Below, piece after piece: positions 1-9,720 of a stretch of DNA of 64,000 bases; position 1 is the stretch's first letter; every line of letters starts with the position of its first letter. The notes below the pieces were generated by a model. That model saw only the letters and a list, made by a program, of their open reading frames with translations, was not told the origin of the DNA and ran no database searches. The position numbers and the translations under genes are program-made. Source of the stretch: an uncultured Verrucomicrobiota bacterium (lineage in GTDB: Bacteria > Verrucomicrobiota > Kiritimatiellia > CAJWTS01); contig CAJWTS010000008.1 in NCBI GenBank assembly GCA_913047795.1, positions 16,634 through 80,633 on the forward strand, in the 5' to 3' direction.

Positions 1-561
1 CGCGATCTCGGGCATGCGCCTTACCTCCGCCCCCTGGTCACGTTCAAATACCGCGATCTCGATCGCCCGCTCAAGACGAGCCCGGTCAACCGTATCCGTG
101 CGGTTGTGCAACGCGCGCAACTGCTCGAGCATGGCAACCAACTCCGGCATGTCTTTCGCTTCGAGATCGGCCCGCAATTCGTCGTTTCGCGGCACCTCGG
201 ACATGCGGTACCGCAGAAGTATGCTTTCCAGGTACAGGCCCGATCCGCCGCAGAGAACGGGTCGCACGCCGCGCGCGTGCATGGCGTTGTAGACGTCAAC
301 GAAGTCCTGCTGAAAACGGAAGACGCTATAGGGTTCCCCGACATCGACGATGTCGACCAGGTGACAGACCACCCGCGACCCGCCGGAACCGTATAGGTCG
401 CGATCCTTGCCGGTCCCGATGTCCATGCCGCGATAGACCTGGCGCGAGTCCGCACTGATGACTTCCCCACCCAGCTCCCGCGCGACCTCGACTGCCAACG
501 CGGACTTACCACTCGCCGTCGGCCCCAGGATGCATACCATCGGCGACGCTCCTGCCGTCAT
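1..561 (-). CDS. miaA: tRNA dimethylallyltransferase MiaA, N-terminal ~186 codons; the 3' end runs off the window start
   Basis: Not in the ORF track because there is no stop in the window. My minus-strand translation from the ATG at 561-559 reads MTAGASPMVCILGPTASGKSALAVEVARELGGEVISADSRQVYRGMDIGTGKDR...LCGGSGLYLESIL. It has the P-loop GPTASGKS plus ISADSxQVYRGMDIGT and GGSGLY signatures. The ATG overlaps the stop of the upstream gene (ATGA, 558-561). An alternative ATG lies at 540-538. Confidence 0.85.
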   Translation of the reverse strand, partial: MTAGASPMVCILGPTASGKSALAVEVARELGGEVISADSRQVYRGMDIGTGKDRDLYGSGGSRVVCHLVDIVDVGEPYSVFRFQQDFVDVYNAMHARGVRPVLCGGSGLYLESILLRYRMSEVPRNDELRADLEAKDMPELVAMLEQLRALHNRTDTVDRARLERAIEIAVFERDQGAEVRRMPEIA

Positions 562-1820
562 AACGACTCCGTGCTCGCGCGACGGTAACGATTCTCCTGC
601 TCTTCAAGAAAATCCCGCAATCGATCCAATCGTTCAATCGGCAGGTCATCGAACGTCCACCCGTCCGATGACCAAAGGTCGGTCATGTCCGCCGCCGCCG
701 GGTAGTGGGTCGCAAAATACTCCCGAAGAATGTCCTCGTCCCGTCGCCCGTCATCCGCGTGTGACGCCTTCAGGTACTGCAACGTTCGCAAACCGTCGAG
801 ACGTTCGTGACAGGCCCGCTTGAACCGCTCCGGCTTCGCGTGCGTGCGCCGGAGCGGAGACCACAGATCCGTCGTCTTGAGTTGCTGGCGGAGAAAGGCC
901 GTCACCGACGTTTCATGATCCCCCTGTTGAAGTTCGGGAAAGAGCTTGATCGTGTCACCCAGTTCATCGAATCGTCCGGCGGCATAGAGCGGATAGCGCG
1001 ACCAGTCGCCTTCGACTCCGCGCTGCATCGCCGGGCCGGTACCGAAGGGCACACGCGACGACAGGCGCGTACCGGGATAGGCCGTGTCCGCCAACCAGTG
1101 CAAGACCGGGCCATACTTCGTCAGCTTCTGCAGAAAGTAGAAATCTTCTCCGCTTTCCCTTGGATCGAGTCCGCCGACGGCGCGATAGGCCCGAACCGGG
1201 ACAGAGATAACCGACCCCATGGCCGTGAAAGCGTACGGCGATGCGATACGCCACAGGTTGAGCACATAATAACGCAGATAGATCTCGTAACGCAGCATCG
1301 CGCGATCGACATCCTCATCCCCGCACAACGGGTGTCGGTAAGGCGCCGCCACCCCGACCGCCTGCGGATGCTCCTCGAGCGTCGCGACAACGGATGCGAT
1401 GTATCGCGCTCCAAACGCCGTGTCGGCATCCATGCAAACGATCACATCGTTATCCTCGGCGTCCTCGCAAATGCGGTCCATCAATGTCTTGCGTGCCCAG
1501 CCCACGCCGCATCGCCCAGCGTCCCAGCCCTTTCCGCGACTGCATCGATCGATCACTTCCAATTCGATGGGCCAGTCGCGCCGCAAGTAATCCAATGTCT
1601 CCACGTTACGGCGGCAGATCGCGGCCTGGTCGCCATCGTCCCACCACGCCTCCGGCTGATTGACGCAGAACCAGGTCTTGAACCCAGGATAAGTCTGGCC
1701 AATAAGCGAACGCAGACATCCCGGCAACCAGTCCCGCTCGTCAAGAACCGGCACGGCAACGTGGACTCTCGGCTGGTCCTGTGCAGGAGATTCGGTCATA
1801 CTGAAAATTGCTCGTCGCAT
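558..1820 (-). CDS. Family 2 (GT-A fold) glycosyltransferase
   Basis: 420-aa ORF. The N-terminus has the GT2 pattern VAVPVLDERDWLPGCLRSLIGQTYP and a DxD-type motif (CMDADT). The start is 1820 or the ATG at 1799. Its stop overlaps the miaA start. Confidence 0.8.
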   Translation of the reverse strand: MRRAIFSMTESPAQDQPRVHVAVPVLDERDWLPGCLRSLIGQTYPGFKTWFCVNQPEAWWDDGDQAAICRRNVETLDYLRRDWPIELEVIDRCSRGKGWDAGRCGVGWARKTLMDRICEDAEDNDVIVCMDADTAFGARYIASVVATLEEHPQAVGVAAPYRHPLCGDEDVDRAMLRYEIYLRYYVLNLWRIASPYAFTAMGSVISVPVRAYRAVGGLDPRESGEDFYFLQKLTKYGPVLHWLADTAYPGTRLSSRVPFGTGPAMQRGVEGDWSRYPLYAAGRFDELGDTIKLFPELQQGDHETSVTAFLRQQLKTTDLWSPLRRTHAKPERFKRACHERLDGLRTLQYLKASHADDGRRDEDILREYFATHYPAAADMTDLWSSDGWTFDDLPIERLDRLRDFLEEQENRYRRASTESL

Positions 1821-1852
1821 CGCCTGAGCGCGCGCAATTCGGCTCTTTGATC

Positions 1853-4210
1853 ATGGAGACACATCGTCATGCCATCCTCGCGGCAACCCTGCTCGGCGGG
1901 TTGGCACTCTTGTTGTACGTCAACACGATACACCACGACTTTGCCCTCGACGATTCCATTGTCATCGCGCAGAACCGGTTCACGCAGGAGGGCCTTGCGG
2001 GTGTACCGGAGATCCTCGCGCACGATAGTTTCGAGGGCTGGCGGCCCGGGGGCAGCTCATCCGCCGGCGGCCGCTACCGGCCGCTATCGCTGCTGACGTT
2101 TGCGATGGAGGTCGAATACTTCGGTCTCAACGCGGGCCGGATGCACACATCCAACGTCGTCCTCTACGCTCTGTGCGCGATACTGCTCTTCGTGGTTCTG
2201 CGCACGTTGCTCGGTACGGACCGAACGGCGCTCGCCTTCCTCGCGTCACTGCTCTTCGTGGCACATCCCCTGCACACGGAAGTTGTTGCAAACATCAAGA
2301 GTCGCGACGAACTGCTCTGCCTGATCTTTTTGCTGGCTACGCTTCTTGCTGCGATCCGCTACACGGTCCGGCCGGGCGCGGGTATGCTGCTCGGCACGGC
2401 CCTGTGCTTCGCGCTGGCCCTGCTTGCGAAGGAGATGGCGCTGTCGGGCATCGTCCTTATTCCACTTGCGCTGTGGACATTCGGGAACACGAAGCCGCGT
2501 ACCCTCGGGGCGATCGCGGGCGGTCTCGGTGCAGCATTGCTGGCCTACATCATTATGCGCGGGATGGCGATCGGCTTTCCGGGCGATCGAGCCCCGACTG
2601 ATATTCTCAGCAACCCGTTTGTCAACGCATCCCTCTCTGAACGCTACGCGACCGTGTTTCTCGTTCTGGGCAAGTACCTCGGACTGCTGGTCCTCCCCCA
2701 TCCACTGCTCTGGGACTACTCCTATCGGCACATCGAGGTTGTGGACTGGGCCAGTCCGCTGGCGTTCGTTTCCCTGGTCCTGCATCTTCTTCTCGCGGCC
2801 TATGTCGTTATCCGAATTCGCCTTCGCGACGTCGCCGCCTTCGGTATTCTGTTTTACCTCATCAGCCTGTTCACCGTCTCGAACCTCGTCCTGCCCGTCG
2901 GTGGAATCATGGCGGAGCGATTCCTGTTCATTCCCTCGATTGGGTTCTGTCTCATCGTCGCCCACTTTCTACTCCAGATTGTTCGTGGTGCGTTCCCGGC
3001 CCGGCGCACACGTTCCATCTCCCTGACGATTCTGTTCGGCGCCCTTGTCTTTGCCTACGGCACGAAAACGGTTCTCCGCAATGCCGACTGGAAGGACAAT
3101 CTCACGCTCTTCCGCGCGGACATTCTGTACAACCCGACCAGCGTACGCGCACGCAACGCCCTCGGGGAATCCCTCATGGAAGCCTACCGCACCGCGCGCG
3201 ACCCATCGCGCCGTGCGCAGTTGTACACACAGGCCGTCAGCGAGTTCCGCGCCGCGCTGGATCTTCACCGCGACGCGCGTACCCACGCCTTGCTTGCCAA
3301 CGCCTATCTCGAACACGGTCACCTGCGGGAGGCCACCGAACAATACGAAAAATGCCTCGAAATTGATTCGCAGCATTTCCATGCCGTTAACGCCCTCGCC
3401 GCCATTAAATTCGCGGCAAAGGATTATGTTGCGGCCGGCGCACTCTATGCCCATGCCCGGTCGCTGCGGCCTGAGGATAGCGGACTGGCCCTGAGTCATG
3501 CCGCCACATTGGAGAAACAGGATCGGACTGACGAGGCGATCACTGAATACCTTCATTACCTATCGAATCAATCGGACGATGCAACAACGTGGATCGATCT
3601 GGCGCTGCTCCTCCAGGCCGTGGCGAAACCAGAGGAAGCGCTCGCCGCGGCCGGGCGAGCCCAAGGTACAGGCGTTGATGATCTCGATGATCTAAACCGG
3701 CTCGGCAGCTTTTACGTCGGTGCCGGCCACTATGAGACCGCCGCCAAGACGTTCCATCGCGCCACGATTGTGGCCCCGGGCTCGGTCTCCGCGCACAACA
3801 ACCTGGCCTCCTTGTACGCGATCAGCAATCAGTTCGGCATGGCGTCCTATCATTTCCAGATGGCATTGAGGGCCGAACCGGAATCCACGGTCACCAAACG
3901 GAATCTCTCCAGTATGCTGGTCGTCTGGGGTCGCGAACTCTTCGACGAAGAACGCTATACCAATGCGCTTGTCAAGATGCGCCAGGCGGTGCAGTTCAAT
4001 CCTGAGAACGCTGATGCGATGCTCCTGCTGGGCACTTGCCATTTCCAACTCGGACGCTTTGACACCGCGATCGACGCCTACAGGTACGCCCTGACCCTTG
4101 ACCCGACCAATCGCGAGATCTACCACTGGCTTGCGAGCGTCTATCGTCGCAAAGGCGACATAGACACCGCCAATGCTATCCTTCGCGCGGCGATGCGACT
4201 CTCAAAGTGA
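1853..4210 (+). CDS. Polytopic membrane protein (GT-C/TMTC-like putative glycosyltransferase) with a C-terminal TPR-repeat domain
   Basis: The ORF track starts at TTG 1808; I prefer ATG 1853 (METHRHAIL...). The N-terminal ~450 aa are strongly hydrophobic and multi-pass. The C-terminal ~330 aa are tandem TPR-like repeats (AxxxYxxAL..xP periodicity). It is divergent from the GT2 gene. Confidence 0.7.
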   Translation: METHRHAILAATLLGGLALLLYVNTIHHDFALDDSIVIAQNRFTQEGLAGVPEILAHDSFEGWRPGGSSSAGGRYRPLSLLTFAMEVEYFGLNAGRMHTSNVVLYALCAILLFVVLRTLLGTDRTALAFLASLLFVAHPLHTEVVANIKSRDELLCLIFLLATLLAAIRYTVRPGAGMLLGTALCFALALLAKEMALSGIVLIPLALWTFGNTKPRTLGAIAGGLGAALLAYIIMRGMAIGFPGDRAPTDILSNPFVNASLSERYATVFLVLGKYLGLLVLPHPLLWDYSYRHIEVVDWASPLAFVSLVLHLLLAAYVVIRIRLRDVAAFGILFYLISLFTVSNLVLPVGGIMAERFLFIPSIGFCLIVAHFLLQIVRGAFPARRTRSISLTILFGALVFAYGTKTVLRNADWKDNLTLFRADILYNPTSVRARNALGESLMEAYRTARDPSRRAQLYTQAVSEFRAALDLHRDARTHALLANAYLEHGHLREATEQYEKCLEIDSQHFHAVNALAAIKFAAKDYVAAGALYAHARSLRPEDSGLALSHAATLEKQDRTDEAITEYLHYLSNQSDDATTWIDLALLLQAVAKPEEALAAAGRAQGTGVDDLDDLNRLGSFYVGAGHYETAAKTFHRATIVAPGSVSAHNNLASLYAISNQFGMASYHFQMALRAEPESTVTKRNLSSMLVVWGRELFDEERYTNALVKMRQAVQFNPENADAMLLLGTCHFQLGRFDTAIDAYRYALTLDPTNREIYHWLASVYRRKGDIDTANAILRAAMRLSK

Positions 4211-4380
4211 TGCGGCGCGAAGGTTTCCGGATCATCAACTACGCGACATGCTGTCGCCGGTTCCGCGAATGTACATGTTCATGCACCGTTCGAACCCGCG
4301 ACCGATCTCGCTCACAATCGGATTTCAATCTGCAGTTATGTAGTGTACTGCTTTTCAAGCTGTTTCCATGGTGAGAATCA

Positions 4381-5895
4381 ATGAAGAAGCCGAATATCGT
4401 ATTCATACTGGCGGACGACCTGGGCTGGTGTGACCTTGGCGCCGACGGAAGCTCGTTCCACGAAAGTCCAAACCTCGATCGGATCGCCCACGAGGGCATG
4501 CGCTTCACGCAGGCGTACGCGGCTTGCCAGGTCTGCAGCCCGTCCCGGGCAAGCATACTCACGGGTAAATATCCGACGCGACACGGCGTCACAAGTTGGA
4601 TAGGCGATCCCTCGGGCGAAGCATGGCGCGCCTTGGACAGAAACACAAAGTTGCTGCCACCGGAGTACGAGCATGGCCTTCGTCCCGACGAGATTACCTT
4701 TGCAGAGGTACTGCGTCGGGCGGATTATCGCACCTTTTTTGCGGGGAAATGGCATCTCGGGGAGGACGGTGCCGATCCTGAGAACTTTGGTTTCGAGATC
4801 AATAAGGGTGGCTGGTCCGCCGGTGGGCCGCACGGCGGATATTTCGCGCCGTGGGACAACCCTAAACTGGAGCCTGGTCCGGACGGTGAGTCGCTTCCCA
4901 TTCGGCTAGCGAAGGAGACCGCGTCCTTTATGCGCGACCACAAGGCCGAGCCCTTTCTCGCGTACCTGTCCTTTTACTCCGTTCACGCACCACTACAGAC
5001 ATCTCAGGATCGATGGGACAAATTCCGCAAGAAGGCCGGTTGCCAGGACCCGCCACAAAGTCGCTTCATATTTGACCGCAACCTTCCGGTCCGCCAGGTA
5101 CAGGACTGTCCGATCTATGCGGGCATGATTGAGGCCATGGATGACGCCGTTGGCATTGTGTTGGATGCACTCGACGATCTCGGATTGGCTGAGAATACGA
5201 TCGTCTGCTTCACCTCGGACAACGGAGGCGTGTCATCGGGCGACGCCTACGCCTCGTCGATGCTGCCCCTGCGCGGCGGCAAGGGACGGCAATGGGAAGG
5301 CGGCATACGTGAGCCGCTCTATGTACGGGCACCCGGCACGGTCCAACCCGGGTCGACCTGCGATCTTCCCGTGTCGGGAATCGACTTCTATCCGACCCTG
5401 CTCGACCTGGCCGGATTGACGCCGGCCGAAGAACAGCCGATCGATGGGGCAAGTATGTCTGCCTTACTAAGGGGAAACCCGGATCCGGTCTTCGCAGAAC
5501 GCGATCTATTCTGGCACTACCCGCATTACGGCAACCAGGGCGGCGACCCGTCCTCGACAATTCGAAGCGGCGCATGGAAGCTGATTCACTACTATGAAGA
5601 TGGTCGCGACGAATTGTACGACCTCGAACACGACCCGGGTGAACACACCGACGTCATGGCCCTGAATACATCGACGGCATCCGACCTGCGCCAACGCCTG
5701 GACAGCTGGCTTACCGATACCGGCGCCCGGTTTCCCGTCCCTGATACGGAACACAAGCCCGCCCTGGAAGCCGCCCGCCTTCACAAGCTTGAACACGAAC
5801 TCATGCCCGAACTCGAAGCCCAACATGCCGCCTACCTTGATCCCGACTGGCAGCCCGACGAATCCTGGTGGGGCAGCCAGGTCGTCATCGATTAG
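4381..5895 (+). CDS. Sulfatase (formylglycine-dependent arylsulfatase family)
   Basis: N-terminus reads KPNIVFILADDLGWCDLG. The CxPxR formylglycine motif is CSPSRASILTGKYPTRHG. 504 aa. Confidence 0.9.
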   Translation: MKKPNIVFILADDLGWCDLGADGSSFHESPNLDRIAHEGMRFTQAYAACQVCSPSRASILTGKYPTRHGVTSWIGDPSGEAWRALDRNTKLLPPEYEHGLRPDEITFAEVLRRADYRTFFAGKWHLGEDGADPENFGFEINKGGWSAGGPHGGYFAPWDNPKLEPGPDGESLPIRLAKETASFMRDHKAEPFLAYLSFYSVHAPLQTSQDRWDKFRKKAGCQDPPQSRFIFDRNLPVRQVQDCPIYAGMIEAMDDAVGIVLDALDDLGLAENTIVCFTSDNGGVSSGDAYASSMLPLRGGKGRQWEGGIREPLYVRAPGTVQPGSTCDLPVSGIDFYPTLLDLAGLTPAEEQPIDGASMSALLRGNPDPVFAERDLFWHYPHYGNQGGDPSSTIRSGAWKLIHYYEDGRDELYDLEHDPGEHTDVMALNTSTASDLRQRLDSWLTDTGARFPVPDTEHKPALEAARLHKLEHELMPELEAQHAAYLDPDWQPDESWWGSQVVID

Positions 5896-5974
5896 CGCCG
5901 CAGGATCAGGTCCTATTCTACAACCCCATACGCATGTCGGTCGTTTTAGCGAAAATCCCATCATTTACCCCGAC

Positions 5975-6796
5975 ATGGATGCTCGGATGGGCGACAACAT
6001 CAACGGGCCGTCCCTGATACGGGTCCCCGAGTGGGTCCGCGACCCGCTCGGCCCATATTATCTCTATTTCGCCCATCACCAGGGCACGTACATTCGACTC
6101 GCCTATGCGGACCGCCCGCAGGGTCCATGGCGCCTGCATACACCCGGTGCGCTCGAGTTATCAGACTCGTTCTTCACGTCGCATGTTGCGTCGCCCGATG
6201 TTCATGTCCTGCACGATCGGCAGGAAATTCGTATGTACTATCACGGCTGCTGCCTGCCGGAGCCGCCGTTCCAGTTCACGCGCCTGGCAACATCCGCAGA
6301 CGGTCTGAATTTCACGGCCAACGAAGCGTTATTAGGCGCATCGTACTGGAGAGCCTTTCGCTGGAGGGACTCCTGGTACACCCTTGAAATGCCTGGCGTA
6401 TTCCGACGGTCACCGGACGGCATCTCGGACTTCGAGGAAGGGCCAACCCTTTTTACGCCGGACATGCGTCACGCGGCCGTGCGCCTGAGTGGCGACACCC
6501 TGACGGTATTTTATTCTAACGCTCACGATTGCCCGGAACGCATCCTGTGGTCGAAGATTCATCTCATGGACGACTGGAATCGCTGGCAAGCCGGCGCGCC
6601 GGAGACGCTATTGGCGGCAGAAACGGATTACGAAGGTGCCGACTGCCCGATCGAACGGTCTGAACGCGGCTCGGTCCACGAACGCGTCAATCAACTTCGG
6701 GATCCATGTATCTTCGATGACGAAGGACAGACCTATATTCTCTACTCCATCGCCGGCGAGTCTGGAATCGCGATGGCTGAACTGTTTCTCGATTGA
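5975..6796 (+). CDS. Beta-propeller glycoside-hydrolase-like protein (GH43/GH32-clan-like), function uncertain
   Basis: The ORF 5789-6796 overlaps the sulfatase 3' end, and the first in-frame ATG after that is 5975. Sequence INGPSLIRVPEWVRDPLGPYYLYFAHHQGTYIRLAYADRPQGPW resembles five-bladed propeller hydrolases. The start may lie upstream at a non-ATG codon. Confidence 0.5.
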   Translation: MDARMGDNINGPSLIRVPEWVRDPLGPYYLYFAHHQGTYIRLAYADRPQGPWRLHTPGALELSDSFFTSHVASPDVHVLHDRQEIRMYYHGCCLPEPPFQFTRLATSADGLNFTANEALLGASYWRAFRWRDSWYTLEMPGVFRRSPDGISDFEEGPTLFTPDMRHAAVRLSGDTLTVFYSNAHDCPERILWSKIHLMDDWNRWQAGAPETLLAAETDYEGADCPIERSERGSVHERVNQLRDPCIFDDEGQTYILYSIAGESGIAMAELFLD

Positions 6797-6855
6797 CGCC
6801 CCCGGGGATATAGCGTCATCGCGACGAGAGCGACGGGGTCTGTCCCTGATGGGCG

Positions 6856-9720
6856 CTAGACGGTGCGGAGTAGCTGGACCCAGTGACTTGCCTGGCGGCC
6901 GGTGGCGTCCGCGATCTGGTGGCGACAACTGAATCCGCAGGCCACGAGACCGGCGTCAGCACTGAGATTACGTACCGCCGGAAACAGGCGCCGCTCACCG
7001 ATCACCTGGGAAATGTCGTAGTGCTCTTTCTCATAGCCGAATGATCCCGCCATGCCGCAACAACCGGAATCGACCTCTTCAACAGTCATGCCCGCACGCG
7101 CGAGAATACGATTCATTCCCGCCGTACCATAAAGTGCCTTCTGGTTGCAGTGGCCATGCACCAGCACATCGGTCGAGGCAGCCTCGAACCGCGGATCGAT
7201 CTTACCCGCCTCTAATTCACGATCGAGAAACACGTCAATCATCATCACGTTCGATCGCACACGCTCGGCCAAACCGGCATCGTCAACCAGGTCCGGCAGA
7301 TCGTCGGTCAGCGCAGCCGCACAACTCGGCTCAGTCACCACGATCGGCAGGCCGGCGGAGATGTAGGCGTCCAATGCCTGCAGCGTTCGCGTTCCATCAC
7401 GCTTCGCGTCGCGCAGGAACCCGTGCGAGAGCCGCGGACGCTGACAACAACCGGCGCGCGCCAATATCACCTTGTAGCCACAACCCTCGAGTAGCGCCAC
7501 GCTCGCACGCCCCACCTGCGGTTCGAAATAATTCACGAAGGTGTCGTCGTACAAGACAACCGTGCCGGCGGCTCCTTCCGCCCCGGAGGCACGCCGATCA
7601 AACCAACGCGTCAGCGACAGGCCGGCGTAACCCGGCAATCGACGACGACGGTCAATACCGACGGCAGATTCGAGGATCCGGCGCCCCAGGGAAGACCCCT
7701 GGATTGCATTGACGAGGGGTGCCAGGGGTCCGGCAAGTCGTTCTGCCATACGCGGCGCGTTAACCAACATGCGATCGCGAAGACGCGTGCCATGCTCGTC
7801 GTGATAGGCCTGCAAAACCTCGCTCTTCAACTTCGCCATGTCCACGTTACTGGGGCATTCGGACTTACAGGCCTTACAAGAAAGGCAGAGGTCCAGCACG
7901 TCGAAGAGCTCACGGCTTGCCAGCCCGTCTGCACCCAACTGGCCGGTCATCGCCAGCCGCAACGCGTTGGCACGACCGCGCGTCGTATGGCGTTCGTCAC
8001 GCGTGGCCATGTAACTGGGGCACATCGTGCCGCCAAGTGTCTTGCGGCAGGCCCCGACCCCCGTGCACATTTCGACGGCCGCACCGAAACTCCCATCATC
8101 GCGATAATGGAACATGGGTGCAATGTCATCGATCTCGTACTGGGTCCCATAGCGCAGATTGGTATCCATTGGCGGTGCGTCAACGATCTTACCCGGATTC
8201 ATCAGGTTATCCGGATCAAAGAGTGCCTTAACCTCCTTGAAGGCAGCGTAGACCTGCTTCCCGAAGAAGGTCTCCATATGTGGACTTCGCACGAGACCGT
8301 CACCATGTTCGCCGGACCACGACCCCTCGTACTTCATGACCAACCCGAGGGCGTAGTCGGCAATCACAGTCAGATTTTCGACATCTTCCTCCGTCCGGAG
8401 ATCGAGCATCGGCCGGACGTGAATGACACCAACACTGGCATGCGCATACATCGCAACCGGAACATTCCGCTCCTTACAGAAAGCAAGGACCTGGTCGATA
8501 TACTCGGGCAGAACGGCAATCGGCACTGCGGCATCTTCAATGAACGGCGTCGGCTTGCGGTCACCCTTGACGCCCAGCATCAGGCCCAGACCGTTCTTGC
8601 GCACGGCCCAGACGTCCGCCTGGCGCGGTGCGTCTGTAAAGACAGGAAAGGCATAGCCCATACCGCGCTCGCGTATGTCGTCGATAACCTCCTCGGCTTT
8701 CGCCCGCACACCCGCTTCATCCTCGCCAAACAACTCAACAATCAGAACGGCAGCCGGGTCGCCCTCAAGAAAATGGCACAGCGGCGCGGTGCTGAGATTG
8801 CTGCGGGCCAGGCCGATCACCGTCCGGTCGAGAATCTCGACCGCGGATGGACCGTGCGCCACAATCGGCTCCACCGCGCGAATCGCCTCAAGCAAATCAC
8901 TAAAATGAATCACGGTCACAGCCGTGGCCTCGGGCAAGGGCTCGAGATTGATCCTCGCATCCAACATCGTCGCCAGCGTGCCTTCACTGCCGGTCATCAG
9001 TTTGGACAAGTTCCAGGCCTGACCCGCGGGGAACTCGTCCAGCGAGTAGCCCCCTACGCGTCGCATCACCTTGGGAAAGCGAGCGTCGATCTCCTCCCTG
9101 TTTTCTTCCACGATTCGCCGAACGCCGCGATAAATCCGTCCGCTATCCGACTGAAGCGCGCAAGCCGCCTCGTATTCCTCCGGGGTCATGGCTTTGAACT
9201 CGACGACCTCACCGCGCGCGAGCACAACCCGCATATCGAGAACGTGGTCGATCGTCTTGCCGTACACGATGCTGCGTGTGCCGGACGAGTTGTTGCCGAT
9301 CATGCCGCCCACGTTGGCTCGATTGGCTGTGGCCGGATCCGGCGCGAACTGGAGCCGATGTTCCGTTAGAACGTCATTCAGCTCGTCGCGAACCACGCCG
9401 GGCTGCACACGCACCCAACGCTCTTCCACGTTGAGCTCAAGGATCTGGTTCATGTACTTCGAGAAGTCGAGGACCAGTGACTCACCCACGGTCTGACCCG
9501 CAAGGCTTGTCCCACCACCGCGCGGCAGGATCGTTACCCCATGCTTGGCCGCCGTCTCGATCGCGGCCCGTACATCGTCGTCGTCTTGCGGAGCACAGAC
9601 GGCAACCGGGGTGATCTGGTAGATACTCGCATCGGTCGCGTAGAGGCCCCGTGTAGCGGCGTCCGTCGCAACATCGCCTTTGACACGCGACCGAAGCTCC
9701 GACTCGAACGATCCAGTCAT
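6856..9720 (-). CDS. FAD-linked oxidase fused to an Fe-S/CCG domain (GlcD-GlcF fusion, YdiJ-like 2-hydroxyacid dehydrogenase)
   Basis: 954 aa. FAD_binding_4 motif LPRGGGTSLAGQ. Ferredoxin-type cluster motif CLSCKACKSECP. Cysteine-rich CCG motif DSGCCGMAGSFG. The ATG overlaps the stop of the upstream aminotransferase (ATGA 9717-9720). Confidence 0.85.
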   Translation of the reverse strand: MTGSFESELRSRVKGDVATDAATRGLYATDASIYQITPVAVCAPQDDDDVRAAIETAAKHGVTILPRGGGTSLAGQTVGESLVLDFSKYMNQILELNVEERWVRVQPGVVRDELNDVLTEHRLQFAPDPATANRANVGGMIGNNSSGTRSIVYGKTIDHVLDMRVVLARGEVVEFKAMTPEEYEAACALQSDSGRIYRGVRRIVEENREEIDARFPKVMRRVGGYSLDEFPAGQAWNLSKLMTGSEGTLATMLDARINLEPLPEATAVTVIHFSDLLEAIRAVEPIVAHGPSAVEILDRTVIGLARSNLSTAPLCHFLEGDPAAVLIVELFGEDEAGVRAKAEEVIDDIRERGMGYAFPVFTDAPRQADVWAVRKNGLGLMLGVKGDRKPTPFIEDAAVPIAVLPEYIDQVLAFCKERNVPVAMYAHASVGVIHVRPMLDLRTEEDVENLTVIADYALGLVMKYEGSWSGEHGDGLVRSPHMETFFGKQVYAAFKEVKALFDPDNLMNPGKIVDAPPMDTNLRYGTQYEIDDIAPMFHYRDDGSFGAAVEMCTGVGACRKTLGGTMCPSYMATRDERHTTRGRANALRLAMTGQLGADGLASRELFDVLDLCLSCKACKSECPSNVDMAKLKSEVLQAYHDEHGTRLRDRMLVNAPRMAERLAGPLAPLVNAIQGSSLGRRILESAVGIDRRRRLPGYAGLSLTRWFDRRASGAEGAAGTVVLYDDTFVNYFEPQVGRASVALLEGCGYKVILARAGCCQRPRLSHGFLRDAKRDGTRTLQALDAYISAGLPIVVTEPSCAAALTDDLPDLVDDAGLAERVRSNVMMIDVFLDRELEAGKIDPRFEAASTDVLVHGHCNQKALYGTAGMNRILARAGMTVEEVDSGCCGMAGSFGYEKEHYDISQVIGERRLFPAVRNLSADAGLVACGFSCRHQIADATGRQASHWVQLLRTV

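Noticed and set aside
807-1850. 347-aa plus-strand ORF.
   Set aside because: It is antisense to the GT2 gene, which has clear family motifs. Its Arg/Ala/Pro-rich low-complexity translation is typical of shadow frames in high-GC DNA.
7792-9369. 525-aa plus-strand ORF.
   Set aside because: It is an antisense shadow of the FAD/Fe-S oxidase gene. It has no motifs and an Arg/His/Gly-rich composition.
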